From an uncultured delta proteobacterium (lineage in GTDB: Bacteria > Myxococcota_A > Polyangia > Polyangiales > B10-G4): 64,000 nucleotides of DNA. Positions 9,833 through 19,162 of the stretch are shown in pieces; positions within the stretch are counted from its first letter, which is position 1; each line of letters opens with the position of its first letter. A program made the translations under genes and the position numbers. The stretch spans positions 96,001 through 160,000 of the forward strand of contig CAVSGI010000011.1 of assembly GCA_963727445.1 (NCBI GenBank), read 5' to 3'. The notes below the pieces were generated by a model. The model ran no database searches. It saw nothing but the letters and a program-made list of their open reading frames with translations, and was not told the DNA's origin.

Positions 9833-11064
9833 GTGCGACTCGTGCGCGAGCTCGTCGTCGGAGCGACGTTTATTCTGATGCTGCCGGGTGTGGGGGCGGC
9901 GCAGGAGGGGAGCGTTCGGGCGGAGGACGGGACGGAAACGGAGACGGAGACGGAGACGGAGGCGGAGACGGAGGCGGAGACGGAGACGGAGACGGAGACG
10001 GGAGCGGGAACGGGAGCGGGAACGGAAGCGGGAACGGGAACGGGAACGGGAGCGGGAGCGGGAACGGGAACGAGGACGGGAACGGGAACGGGAGCGGGAA
10101 CGGGAGCGGGAGCGGGAGCGGGAGCGGGAACGGGAGCGGGCGCAGGGCCGGGGACGTCGTCGGCGGGCGTGCAGGCTTCGGATCCGGAGCGCGCCGCCGA
10201 CGCGGACGCGCCGCCAGCCGCTGGCGCTCCTCCCCCACCGCCCTCCGACGAGGCGCGATTCGACATCGAGACTTTTCGATGGGTGCGGCCGCCCGCCGAG
10301 CAGATCTGGTGGCGAAACACCAGCGTCTATTGGGGGAACGAGCTTTCGCTCAGCACGTTCATGCCCGGCGCAACGTACGCGCGCTCCTACGACCCGTCCT
10401 ACGTGCAGCGCTATTGGCTACAGCCGCGCGTGTACCTCGCCGACACGATCTCCATTCGGGTCGACCAGGGCTTCGGCCTGAGGCTCACAGAGCCCACCCC
10501 AGGGACCTCGCGCGTCTCGCGCTCTCCGGCGGTCTCCGTGGGAACATTCACACGGCGAATGCGTGCTCTGTCCGGAGCGAGATCTACGCCGATCCTCACC
10601 TCGTCGATCACGCCACGGATCCGTACGCGAGGAACGTCGCGGTGCCAACCACCGCGTCCTTGACGAACCCGCTCCTCGACGGATGGCTCGGCCTGCGGGC
10701 GAAGCTCGCGTTCATCCCGCAGCTGAGCCTGAGCATGGGCTACGCCCTCGACTGGAAGCTCGTGCGCACCACCACCACCACGACAGACGTTCCCGTCTAT
10801 GGTGGGACGAGCGGGGGAGGGACGGATACCGTATCGGTCACCGATTCGAGCAGTCGGCAGGGCGGTCCCTACGCGACCTTCGACGTCACCCTGACCTACC
10901 TGATCGCGGACTGGATCAACGTCAGCCTGTCCTATGGCAGCGCTGGCAACTCCGCCGTCGACCCGAGCGGTCACGTCTACAACCCCTTCTACAACCCCTA
11001 CTCGCAGCTCACGCTCAGCGCGGTGCTCTACACCGACCGCATCTATCTGGGCCTCGCGAACTGA
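9833..11064 (+). pseudogene. Exported, outer-membrane-like protein with low-complexity N-terminus, frameshifted near 10500
   Basis: Signal peptide and ET/GT repeat in ORF 9827..10663; aromatic beta-strand-rich C-terminus in the frame of ORF 9829..11064; start may be 9827 or 9833. Confidence 0.55.
9929..10138 (+). repeat. 35 tandem hexamers RRRRCG (GAGACG/GAGGCG, then GGAACG/GGAGCG)
   Basis: Read directly from the sequence; encodes ETETET...GAGTGT in frame. Confidence 0.95.
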
Positions 11065-11098
11065 CGACGCTGGGGCCACCCGAACGCGGGTCGCGCGC

Positions 11099-11488
11099 TC
11101 AGACGAAGAGCGCGACCAGCATGACGACCAGCCCGATCATGCTCACTTGCCAGCAGACGGTGCGAAAGTAGGGGATGCCGGAGGCGTAGGCGGGCAGGTA
11201 GACGGCGCGGCCCGCCACCCATGCGTACGATGCCCAGGCGCTCATCTCGCTCGCCTTCCCGGTCGCGTGGAGCAGGAAGACGGTGGCGGCGAAGAGGACG
11301 AGGTTCTCGGTGAAGTTCCGCGCGGCCCGGTGCAGCCTCCCAGCCATGTTCACGCGCGCGATCGTCTCGTCGCGCGGGCCCACCGTGTACGCGTTCCCCG
11401 CCTGCGCCTTGTACGAAAAGCTGTCGGCGGTGACGTGGACCAGGCCGAGGCAGACGCTGGCGAAGAGAGACCAGAGCTCGGGGATCAT
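11099..11488 (-). CDS. MAPEG family membrane protein
   Basis: GPRD, RLHRAARNFTENL, GRAVYLPAY, FRTVCW. Confidence 0.88.
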   Translation of the reverse strand: MIPELWSLFASVCLGLVHVTADSFSYKAQAGNAYTVGPRDETIARVNMAGRLHRAARNFTENLVLFAATVFLLHATGKASEMSAWASYAWVAGRAVYLPAYASGIPYFRTVCWQVSMIGLVVMLVALFV

Positions 11489-11547
11489 GTGAGGAAGATA
11501 CGCTCCCTCACACGTCGCGGCGCCGCCATCCCCAGCGAAGACCGGTT

Positions 11548-11633
11548 CGTCTCGACGGACGGAACGCGGCAGGCGACGGCTGGCGTCAGCCGAGCAGTCC
11601 GTCTCGACGGACGGAACGCGGCAGGCGACGGCT
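11548..11633 (+). repeat. Two perfect 34-bp direct repeats (11548-11581, 11600-11633)
   Basis: CGTCTCGACGGACGGAACGCGGCAGGCGACGGCT twice, with an 18-bp spacer. Confidence 0.95.
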
Positions 11634-11639
11634 CCGAGC

Positions 11640-12089
11640 TCACGTCGCGCGCGCCCGAATCGCCTGGATCACGATCGCCACGGTCGCGACGCCGATGGCG
11701 ACGACGACCGGCGTGAGCGACGAGCCCAGCATGAAGCCCAGCGTGGCGAAGATGGCGGGGATCTGCGGGATGGAAGCGGCGAGCATGAAGGCGCCCAGCT
11801 CGGCCCGGTGGATGCGCGCGGGGGTGCGCGCCGGCTCGGGGACCTTCGCGATCGCGCGCGCGACGAGGCGGGCATGAAGCACGATTCCGAGGACGGCGAA
11901 GAGCGCGGTGAGGACGACCAGGCCCCAGACGACGGGCGTGAGAGCCGGTTCCAAGATCGTCCGCAGCTCGTCGAACTCGGGCGGGAAGAGGAGCTTGCGC
12001 AGGCCGGTCTCGAGGGCGAGCGCCGCGGGCGCCGCGATCACCGTCATCAGGATCAGCGCCGTCCCGCCGCGCTCTTCGCCCGCGTTCAT
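11640..12089 (-). CDS. Hypothetical membrane protein (about 4 TM)
   Basis: Hydrophobic segments; start uncertain. Confidence 0.65.
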   Translation of the reverse strand: MNAGEERGGTALILMTVIAAPAALALETGLRKLLFPPEFDELRTILEPALTPVVWGLVVLTALFAVLGIVLHARLVARAIAKVPEPARTPARIHRAELGAFMLAASIPQIPAIFATLGFMLGSSLTPVVVAIGVATVAIVIQAIRARAT

Positions 12090-12150
12090 CGAGAGGAGGG
12101 TAACCAATCCGGGCTGGTCATGAAGCGGCGGGTGCTCTACACGTTCGGTC

Positions 12151-12900
12151 ATGCGAATCGTCCCGGTCCCCTGCTTGAACGACAACTACGCGTATCTGGT
12201 CATCGACGAGGGCACGCAGCACGCGGCCGTGGTCGACCCCTCCGAGTCCGCACCGGTGCTCGCCGCGGCCGAGCGTGAGGGCGTGACGATCCGCGAGCTC
12301 TGGCTCACGCATCACCACTTCGATCACGTCGGCGGCAACGAGGGGATCCTCGAGGCCCTCGGCGAGTTGGTGGTTCGCGGCAGCGTCCACGACCGGGACG
12401 AAAAGCGAATCCCCGGTCAGACCGTCGCGCACGCGGACGGCGACGCCTTCACCTTCGAAGGGCACGAGGTGCGCGTCATCGAAAACCCGGGACACACCCT
12501 GGGCGCGATCTCCTTCCTCACCGAAGGTCAGCTCTTCAGCGGCGACACGCTCTTCCTCGCCGGCTGCGGGCGCGTCTTCGAGGGCACGATGGCGATGATG
12601 AAGGACTCCCTCGCCAAGCTCCGCGCGCTCCCCGACGACACCGCCATCTGGTGCGGCCACGAGTACACCGTGAACAACCTCCGCTACGCCGCCACCGTCG
12701 AGCCCGAGAGCGCCGCCATCAGCCAGAGCCTTGTCGACGCCCACAAGCGCCGCGAAGCCGGCGAGCCCACCATCCCCGGCACCATCGCCGCCGAGAAGAA
12801 GACCAACCCCTTCTTCCGCTTCGACGTCCCCGAGGTCGCGAGCGGTCGCGACGACGTCGCCAGCTTCACCGCGCTACGCGAAGCGAAGGACCGGTTCTGA
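12151..12900 (+). CDS. gloB: Hydroxyacylglutathione hydrolase (glyoxalase II)
   Basis: DNYAY, THHHFDHVGG, PGHT, FSGDTLFLAGCG, CGHEYT, EKKTNPF. Confidence 0.93.
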   Translation: MRIVPVPCLNDNYAYLVIDEGTQHAAVVDPSESAPVLAAAEREGVTIRELWLTHHHFDHVGGNEGILEALGELVVRGSVHDRDEKRIPGQTVAHADGDAFTFEGHEVRVIENPGHTLGAISFLTEGQLFSGDTLFLAGCGRVFEGTMAMMKDSLAKLRALPDDTAIWCGHEYTVNNLRYAATVEPESAAISQSLVDAHKRREAGEPTIPGTIAAEKKTNPFFRFDVPEVASGRDDVASFTALREAKDRF

Positions 12901-13840
12901 GCTCGCGCTCGGTGGAGGCGAAGGGCTCGAAGGGCGCTCGGTGCGCTTCGCGCCAGCGCCGGTAGGCGATGATGGCGGCGTCGCTCGGGACGAGCACCTC
13001 GCCCTTACCGGAGAGGCGTGTCTCACCGATGTCGAGCGTCTCCACGACGCGAGAGTCTTCGCGCAGGATGTAGCGGCTCGACCCGCGCTGCAGAAAGCCG
13101 AAGAGCCACGCGACGCCCGGGATCGTGACGATGCGTTGGTAGTTCCGGATGTAGTACAGCATCCGGTCTTCGTCGATCGGCACGAAGGCCGCCATCTGCC
13201 ACTGACGGCCGAGGTCCAATCGCCAGAGGTTGGGCCCGAGGAGCTCGAGCGAGGTGTCGTAGCCCGACGCGGTCGCACGAAGGTGATCTCCCTGCATCGT
13301 CACCGACACATCGACCTCCGACTTCTCGACGAATCGCCCGATGGTGCGGCGATGCACGAAGGGCAGGTGCGCGAAGTCGAGCTGGTTCTCGATGGCGACG
13401 GTGTAGTGGACCGCGACCTCTTCCGTGAATTCGCTCCCGTCGTACACGTACCCGTCGAAGTCGAAGAACGGGGGCGGCTCCCTTCGCGGAGAGTCAGGAC
13501 CCGTGAAGAGCCAGACGAAGCCGTGCGCCTCCGTCGCCGGGATGGCGTCGAGAGACATCGCGCGCGGGATCTTCCGTCCTGGATGCGCGGGGATGGAGGT
13601 GCACTCGCCGTCACCGTCGAAGGTGAAGCCGTGGAACGGACACTGGATCTGGCCGCTCTTCACACTTCCGCCCGACAGCTTCGCCCGGCGGTGGGGGCAT
13701 CGGTCCACTGCCGCCGCGACGCCGCCCTCGCCATGGCGCCAGAACACGAGGTCGAGCCCGAAGCGCCGGCGCGCCACGGGCCGCTGGCCCAACTCGCGTG
13801 AGGACAGGACGGCATACCAACGGTTGGCGATCAGGTGCAT
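12866..13840 (-). CDS. Rieske [2Fe-2S] oxygenase alpha subunit (VanA-like)
   Basis: CPHR...CPFHG Rieske motif and ENQLDFAHLPFVH mononuclear-iron motif. Confidence 0.9.
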   Translation of the reverse strand: MHLIANRWYAVLSSRELGQRPVARRRFGLDLVFWRHGEGGVAAAVDRCPHRRAKLSGGSVKSGQIQCPFHGFTFDGDGECTSIPAHPGRKIPRAMSLDAIPATEAHGFVWLFTGPDSPRREPPPFFDFDGYVYDGSEFTEEVAVHYTVAIENQLDFAHLPFVHRRTIGRFVEKSEVDVSVTMQGDHLRATASGYDTSLELLGPNLWRLDLGRQWQMAAFVPIDEDRMLYYIRNYQRIVTIPGVAWLFGFLQRGSSRYILREDSRVVETLDIGETRLSGKGEVLVPSDAAIIAYRRWREAHRAPFEPFASTERELRTGPSLRVAR

Positions 13841-13947
13841 CGGAGTCAGTTGTCGAAATCTTGTCTAACCCCCTTCTCCTGGGGTGTGAGGGCTGGGGCG
13901 TCAATCCTGCGAGACGCACAACCCGAGGGGCCTGAGGCCGATTCGAA

Positions 13948-13964
13948 TATCTCGATATGAGATA
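13948..13964. promoter_or_regulatory. AT-rich inverted repeat TATCTC-N5-GAGATA (contains T-N11-A and ATC-N9-GAT), candidate LysR-type operator
   Basis: Lies in the divergent intergenic region between the Rieske and beta-barrel genes. Confidence 0.45.
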
Positions 13965-14014
13965 GCGGTATTACTTGTCTGGTCGAAGTGTCGGCTTGGC
14001 CAGAGAGTGAGGGC

Positions 14015-14551
14015 ATGCGCACGATCATTTGGGCAGTGACGATCGCGAGCGTCCTCGGAGTACCGGTGGCCGCACTCGCAAACGATGGGGCGACTGGCAT
14101 GAGGACGGACCGTTTCGTCCTGACCACGCGCGCCGAATACGGGCAGATCAACAGCCACCGGACCGACCAGAGCGCAGGAGGTGGCTCGCTGGGCTTGCAC
14201 ATCCCGCTCGGCGATCTGCCGCTCGGCATCCACGTCGCCAGCTCGCTCCTCACCGGCGGTGGTCATCTCGCGTCGACGAGCGACGTCGGGCTGCGGTATT
14301 ACCTGGCGGCCAGCGGCGACGACCCGGCCAAGGCGCTGCAGCCCTACGTACGGGTGATGGCGGCGTTGTCGATCGTCAGCTGGGACGTCCAGGACACCAG
14401 CGCGACGGTGGGCGCGGGCTTCGGCCTGGGTCTTCAGGCGTGGACCTGGGAGTCGGTGGGATTCGACCTCGAGCTCTCCTACAGAGTGATGGGCGGCGCC
14501 GAGCTCCGGCAGACGCTGCTCTGCTCGCTGGGCTTCGCCTTCGGCCTCTGA
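14015..14551 (+). CDS. Small outer-membrane beta-barrel protein
   Basis: Signal peptide, amphipathic strands (GLRYYL, LQPYV, FDLELSYR). Confidence 0.7.
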   Translation: MRTIIWAVTIASVLGVPVAALANDGATGMRTDRFVLTTRAEYGQINSHRTDQSAGGGSLGLHIPLGDLPLGIHVASSLLTGGGHLASTSDVGLRYYLAASGDDPAKALQPYVRVMAALSIVSWDVQDTSATVGAGFGLGLQAWTWESVGFDLELSYRVMGGAELRQTLLCSLGFAFGL

Positions 14552-14560
14552 GCAGCGCGT

Positions 14561-15544
14561 TCACCCATGGCTCCGGCGACGCAGCCACAGGAGCGCTACG
14601 GCGGCGAAGAGTCCACTGAGACCCGGCAAGGGTGCTGAGGTCGCACTGCAGGAGATGCCCGGCTCGTCGATGTAGTCGATGGGGCATCCTTCGTGGTCGC
14701 CCCCAGTGCAGTCGCGGATGTCGTAGCCGCTGGGATAGGGGATGCATCCGTTCGTGGGGGCGTCCCAGGTGAGCCCGTCTGGGCAGGTACAGAACAGGTC
14801 GACCTCGACAGCCTCCGTCTCCACGACGATGCGGCTGTGCGGAATGCGCGCACGGACGGCGACCAGGTGCAGGCCGGGCTCGATCCCATCGGCGACGACG
14901 AAATCGGGCTGCTCCGGGCAGCTCGCGTAGAGGTGACTGCGCAGAACGTACTGGTCTCGATCGAGGGTCCACTGGGGTGTGACCGCCGGGTGCCAGGGCT
15001 CGCCGTCGACGATCGTCTCGAACACCATCACGCTGGACCACGCGTAGGAATCGGGCGAAGGCCAGACGGTCATGTCGAGCGTCGACACGTTCTCTTCGCG
15101 GCAGTAGCCGGCCTCATCGGTGTTGGCGAGCGCGAGGATGGACGCGCCCCCCGCGTCCAGAGTGCCGAGCTCGATGGGCGGCGCGTTCGCTTCGACCGCG
15201 ACGAAGGGCTGCTCCATCGAGTCCTCGACGCCATCGCATACGTCGACGGTCCGAAGCACGTAATGAGCGCCGAGGACCAGCGGTATCTCGGGGATCAGCG
15301 TGTCGCCCGCGCGCTTGAGCGGAATCACGGCTTCGAGATCGGGATCGACGCGCTTCAGCGAGTACTCGGGGGCGTCGAATCCGGAGGCGGTGTCGACGTG
15401 AAAGCCGGGGGTGTTGACCGGCACCTGTTCACCGACGATGACGCTCGGCAGGACGCACGAATCGAAGCACGCGGCCGCTGGCGAGGCACCCACGGTCGCT
15501 GTGAAGAGCGCGGCGAAGAACACGGCGATATCGAGGTGCTTCAT
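14561..15544 (-). CDS. MYXO-CTERM-sorted surface protein
   Basis: Signal peptide; C-terminal SCSATS..P..hydrophobic..LRRR sorting signal. Confidence 0.8.
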   Translation of the reverse strand: MKHLDIAVFFAALFTATVGASPAAACFDSCVLPSVIVGEQVPVNTPGFHVDTASGFDAPEYSLKRVDPDLEAVIPLKRAGDTLIPEIPLVLGAHYVLRTVDVCDGVEDSMEQPFVAVEANAPPIELGTLDAGGASILALANTDEAGYCREENVSTLDMTVWPSPDSYAWSSVMVFETIVDGEPWHPAVTPQWTLDRDQYVLRSHLYASCPEQPDFVVADGIEPGLHLVAVRARIPHSRIVVETEAVEVDLFCTCPDGLTWDAPTNGCIPYPSGYDIRDCTGGDHEGCPIDYIDEPGISCSATSAPLPGLSGLFAAVALLWLRRRSHG

Positions 15545-15557
15545 GCACCTCTTCCAA

Positions 15558-15573
15558 AGCAGTACGCGTGCCA
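15558..15573 (-). promoter_or_regulatory. Candidate sigma54 promoter TGGCACG-CGTA-CTGCT
   Basis: GG-N10-GC spacing and strong -24 match, upstream of the MYXO-CTERM gene. Confidence 0.55.
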
Positions 15574-15697
15574 CGCACGTGCTCCGGCAAATCGTGGTGT
15601 ACGACATGTAGGCGCTGTGCCATGGGCGCTCGTTCGGCACAGAATGTGCCGCGCGTGTTCTAGCGCAACGCCCCGAGCGAGCAGCGTGTGCGCGTCG

Positions 15698-17812
15698 TCA
15701 GAGCGAGCCGCTCGACCACGGCGCCGGCGGGGTCGTGGACATCGAAGGGGTTTGCGTCGGCGTCGGAGTCGGCGTGGGCGTAGGGGGCGGGCGCATCGTC
15801 ATCATGTCGAGGCGGCGCTCTTCGGGGAGGCGCCAGTCGATGCCGTCGTCCGAGATGGCCTGGTTGGCCATGGTGCTCGGCGTGACCGATTGCACGACGG
15901 TCGTCGCGCCTTCGTCGTGGGTGTGTCGCCCCGCCTGGGCCTGCCCGCGCGGCGTCACCTCGAGCTCGCGGTCGACGATGGTGTCGCCCGCGTGGAACTC
16001 GACCCGGTGTGTGCCGGTGCGCCGAAAGGTGTAGCTCGCCACCCAGTGGAGTCGGTCTTCGTCCGCGCGGGCGGTGACGCGGTCGCTGCCGGTGGCGTTG
16101 ATGCGCGTGATCACGAACGCCGGGGTCGCGTCGGCGGCTGGCTCTTCGATCAGCGTCACGAAGAACGTCGTCGGCTCGCGGAGCGCCGGCTCCGTCGGCA
16201 CCGCTCGGAGCTCGGGCTGGGGCTCGGCTTCGATCTGCGCCTCCTCCAGCTCGTAGAGCTCGGCGAGCGCTCGCTGCGAATCGGCGTCCTCCGGATAGAA
16301 GAGCATGGCGCGGCGGTAGCGGTTCATCGCCTCGCCGTAGAAGCCCTGCGCGCGCTCGACCTCGCCCTCCTCGCGCAGGCGTCGCGCGACGTCGCGGCGG
16401 AGCTGGATCGCCCCTTCGTGCCCCGGCTCGATCTCGAGCATGCGGTCGGTGAGGGCGAGGACGTTGTCCCCGACCGGCTTCTCGAAATGGCCGTGCGAGT
16501 ATGCCGCTTGCGCGCGATCGGCGAGATCGTCGAGGCGGCTGTCGCCCATCATCATGCCGATCAGCGGCTGCCAGGCGAACGCGCCCAGCACCACCACCAC
16601 TGCGCCCACCAGCGCAGCGAGCACCACAGTCTTGAGCTGGCCGAGCCGCGACCGCCGCAGGCCCGGCACCGAGGACATGCTGTCGCCGAAGGGGCTGGGC
16701 GCACGGGCCAGGCTCTCGCCGGCCATGGGCCCGGTGATGGGTGTGGCCACGTGGATCGCGGCCGGGTGCGCCGGCGGCGGCTCGGACTGCACGTAGGACG
16801 GTCGCGACGGCAGCGCGCTGATCCGCGGTGGCGCCACCACCACGTGGTCCATGCTGGCCGCGCTCCGGAGCGCGGCGGCCAGATCGTTGGCGTCGTCGTA
16901 GCGGCCGTCCGCGTTCTTGCTCAGGCAGCGCATCACCACGTCACAGACGTTGGGCGGCAGCGCGGTGCCTCCTGGTTGCCCGCGAACGTCGGGGGCCTGC
17001 TCGTTGATGTGCTTCATCAAGAGGGCGACCGGCGAGGTGGCCTCGAAGGGCGTGTGACCGGTCAGCAGCTGATAGAGGAGGACGCCGATGGAGTAGACGT
17101 CGCTGCGCGCGTCCGTCGGGTCGCCGTTCGCACCTTCGGGAGAGATGTAGCGCGCGGTTCCGAAGATCAGACCGCTCTGCGTCGCGACCGTCTGTTCGTT
17201 CTCGATGAAGCGGGCGATGCCGAAGTCGAGCACCTTGACGAAGTCCGGGTCCTGACCGCGCTGAACCAGGATCACGTTCTCCGGCTTCACGTCGCGGTGG
17301 ATCACGCCCTGGCTGTGGGCCTCGCCGACCCCGTCACAGATCTGGGTGACGATGTGCAGGGCTCGCGACGGCGGCAGCGGCGCCTCCTGCTCGACCACGT
17401 CGAGGAGGGAGCGGCCGCGCAGGTACTGCATGACCAAGTAGAGGCTTCCGTCCTCCGGCAGCTGACCGAAGAGGAACACGCGGACCACGTTCGGGTGGTC
17501 GATGGCCGCCGAGACCCTGGCCTCGCGCTGAAAGCGCCGCACCGCGTCGGGGTTGGTGGTGAGCTCCGGATGCAGGATCTTGATCGCCACATCCCGACCG
17601 ATCGTGGTCTGCCGGGCCCGGTAGACGGCCCCCATGCCCCCCTGTCCCACCAGCTTCTCGATCCGGAACTGGTCGAGGAGGACCTTGCCCACGTAGGGGT
17701 CCTGAGGCAGGTCCGGATTGATCAGCGCCCCGCCGTCCTTCTGGCAGAAGAGGGCCATCCGGTCGTACCGGGTGCCGCACTTGGGACAGACCTTGAAGGG
17801 ACTCGAAGACAT
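15698..17812 (-). CDS. Membrane Ser/Thr protein kinase with N-terminal zinc-ribbon-like motif and extracytoplasmic TPR-like region
   Basis: CPKC...FCQKDG, GQGGMG, HRDVKPEN, DFG, one TM. Confidence 0.92.
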   Translation of the reverse strand: MSSSPFKVCPKCGTRYDRMALFCQKDGGALINPDLPQDPYVGKVLLDQFRIEKLVGQGGMGAVYRARQTTIGRDVAIKILHPELTTNPDAVRRFQREARVSAAIDHPNVVRVFLFGQLPEDGSLYLVMQYLRGRSLLDVVEQEAPLPPSRALHIVTQICDGVGEAHSQGVIHRDVKPENVILVQRGQDPDFVKVLDFGIARFIENEQTVATQSGLIFGTARYISPEGANGDPTDARSDVYSIGVLLYQLLTGHTPFEATSPVALLMKHINEQAPDVRGQPGGTALPPNVCDVVMRCLSKNADGRYDDANDLAAALRSAASMDHVVVAPPRISALPSRPSYVQSEPPPAHPAAIHVATPITGPMAGESLARAPSPFGDSMSSVPGLRRSRLGQLKTVVLAALVGAVVVVLGAFAWQPLIGMMMGDSRLDDLADRAQAAYSHGHFEKPVGDNVLALTDRMLEIEPGHEGAIQLRRDVARRLREEGEVERAQGFYGEAMNRYRRAMLFYPEDADSQRALAELYELEEAQIEAEPQPELRAVPTEPALREPTTFFVTLIEEPAADATPAFVITRINATGSDRVTARADEDRLHWVASYTFRRTGTHRVEFHAGDTIVDRELEVTPRGQAQAGRHTHDEGATTVVQSVTPSTMANQAISDDGIDWRLPEERRLDMMTMRPPPTPTPTPTPTQTPSMSTTPPAPWSSGSL

Positions 17813-17921
17813 GGGCGAGGGGGGGGTCCCCTCGCGATCATGGTCCTGACGGAGGGGTTACGCCAACTCTAGACGTATGGAATCGCGCAAAGATTCGCGA
17901 TCGGGCCATTTGGTCACAGTC

Positions 17922-17951
17922 TTGCCGGCAAGAGGCCCGAAACGATAGAGT
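17922..17951 (+). promoter_or_regulatory. Candidate sigma70-type promoter TTGCCG-N18-TAGAGT
   Basis: Upstream of ATG 17972; the -35 lies in the palindrome CTTGCCGGCAAG. Confidence 0.35.
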
Positions 17952-17971
17952 CCTCCTCGGAGATTTGCGTA

Positions 17972-19162
17972 ATGCGTGAGCACCTCGTCCGTATCCTCCT
18001 CGCCGCGGTCGCTTTTGGCGCCCTATCGGCCCCCGTGGTGGTGGAGGCACAGAGCGTCATCGTCCTGGGGCTCCGTTCGGCCGAGGGCGACGACGAGTTC
18101 GCCAACAATCTCTCGGGCGCACTCCGCAACGCGGCTTCACGAGTGACCGGGTGGGAGCTCAACACCCGCGAGGTCTCCCTCGCGCAGATGACCCTGGCCC
18201 ATGGTTGCGATGCCGCCGACGTCGGCTGCATGTCCGACATCGGAAACACCCTCGGCGTTCGCTTGGTCATTTACGGCAACGTCCGCCGCACCAGCACCCA
18301 GTCCGACTTCGACTATTCCCTGAGCCTCTACATGTTCGACACCGAGTCGGGGTCGATCACGGAGCAGCTCACGGACACCATCCCTCGGGTCCAGGCGGAC
18401 ATCGACGATCTGCGCGAAAAGGCGCGCGGGTACATCACCCAGTTCTCCGGCGCCGAGCGCACGGGAACCATTCGAATCCAAGCCAACCTCGCCTCGGCCG
18501 AGGTCTTCGTGGATGGGGAGAGCCTGGGGATGACCACCGGCGGGGCGTTCGAGTCCACGGTCCCGGTGGGATCCCACCAGATCGAAGTCCGGGCCGAGGG
18601 CCACAACACCTACCGCGGCTCGGTGACGGTGGCCGCCGACGAGACCTCGGACGTCGACGTCGAGCTCACCGAGGGCGACGAGGACGAGATCATCGTCGGC
18701 CCTGAAACCGGCGGCACCGGCGGACCCGTCGCCTCGTCGGGAGGCGGCGCGAACTGGCCGGCGATCATCTCCTTCGCCCTGGCGGGCGTGGGTGCGGGCC
18801 TCACCATCACCTCCTGGGTCATCATCGACGGCGTCAACGGCAGCGACGAGCTGCGCAGCGCGCGCGAGCAGGTGGGCAGAATGGTGTCTGATCCCATGAA
18901 CACCGACGCGTGCCAGTACATGCGCGACAACCCGATGAGCACGAGCACGTGGACCGATGGCCTCGCCAAGTGCGACGAGGGCGCTCTGTGGACCGCGCTC
19001 CAGTACGTCTTCCTCGGTGTGACCGGTGTCGCCCTCGCGGCGGGCATCGTCTTCTTGGTGCTCGGCGGCAACGACGACGACGACGCGCCGGTTAGCACCA
19101 TCTCCCTTCTGCCCTCTTTCGGCCCGAACCGTGGCTCCGTCACGGCGCGCATGACCTTCTGA
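17972..19162 (+). CDS. Exported PEGA domain protein with C-terminal hydrophobic helices and terminal Phe
   Basis: Signal peptide; AEVFVDG..GSHQIEVRAEG PEGA motif; ends ARMTF. Confidence 0.82.
   Translation: MREHLVRILLAAVAFGALSAPVVVEAQSVIVLGLRSAEGDDEFANNLSGALRNAASRVTGWELNTREVSLAQMTLAHGCDAADVGCMSDIGNTLGVRLVIYGNVRRTSTQSDFDYSLSLYMFDTESGSITEQLTDTIPRVQADIDDLREKARGYITQFSGAERTGTIRIQANLASAEVFVDGESLGMTTGGAFESTVPVGSHQIEVRAEGHNTYRGSVTVAADETSDVDVELTEGDEDEIIVGPETGGTGGPVASSGGGANWPAIISFALAGVGAGLTITSWVIIDGVNGSDELRSAREQVGRMVSDPMNTDACQYMRDNPMSTSTWTDGLAKCDEGALWTALQYVFLGVTGVALAAGIVFLVLGGNDDDDAPVSTISLLPSFGPNRGSVTARMTF

Noticed and set aside
9870..10481. Poly-Arg/RE and poly-Pro ORFs
   Set aside because: Alternative-frame readings of the hexamer repeat.
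11548..11633. Mini CRISPR array
   Set aside because: Only two repeats, the 18-bp spacer is too short, and there is no leader or cas gene.
13895..13940. c-di-GMP-I/cGAMP (GEMM) riboswitch
   Set aside because: GACGCACAACCCGAGGGGCCTGAG resembles the 3' half only; I could not find the P2 stem with GNRA loop. An Infernal search with RF01051 would decide.
14693..17872. 1059-aa plus-strand ORF
   Set aside because: Antisense shadow of the kinase and MYXO-CTERM genes in GC-rich DNA; no recognisable motifs.
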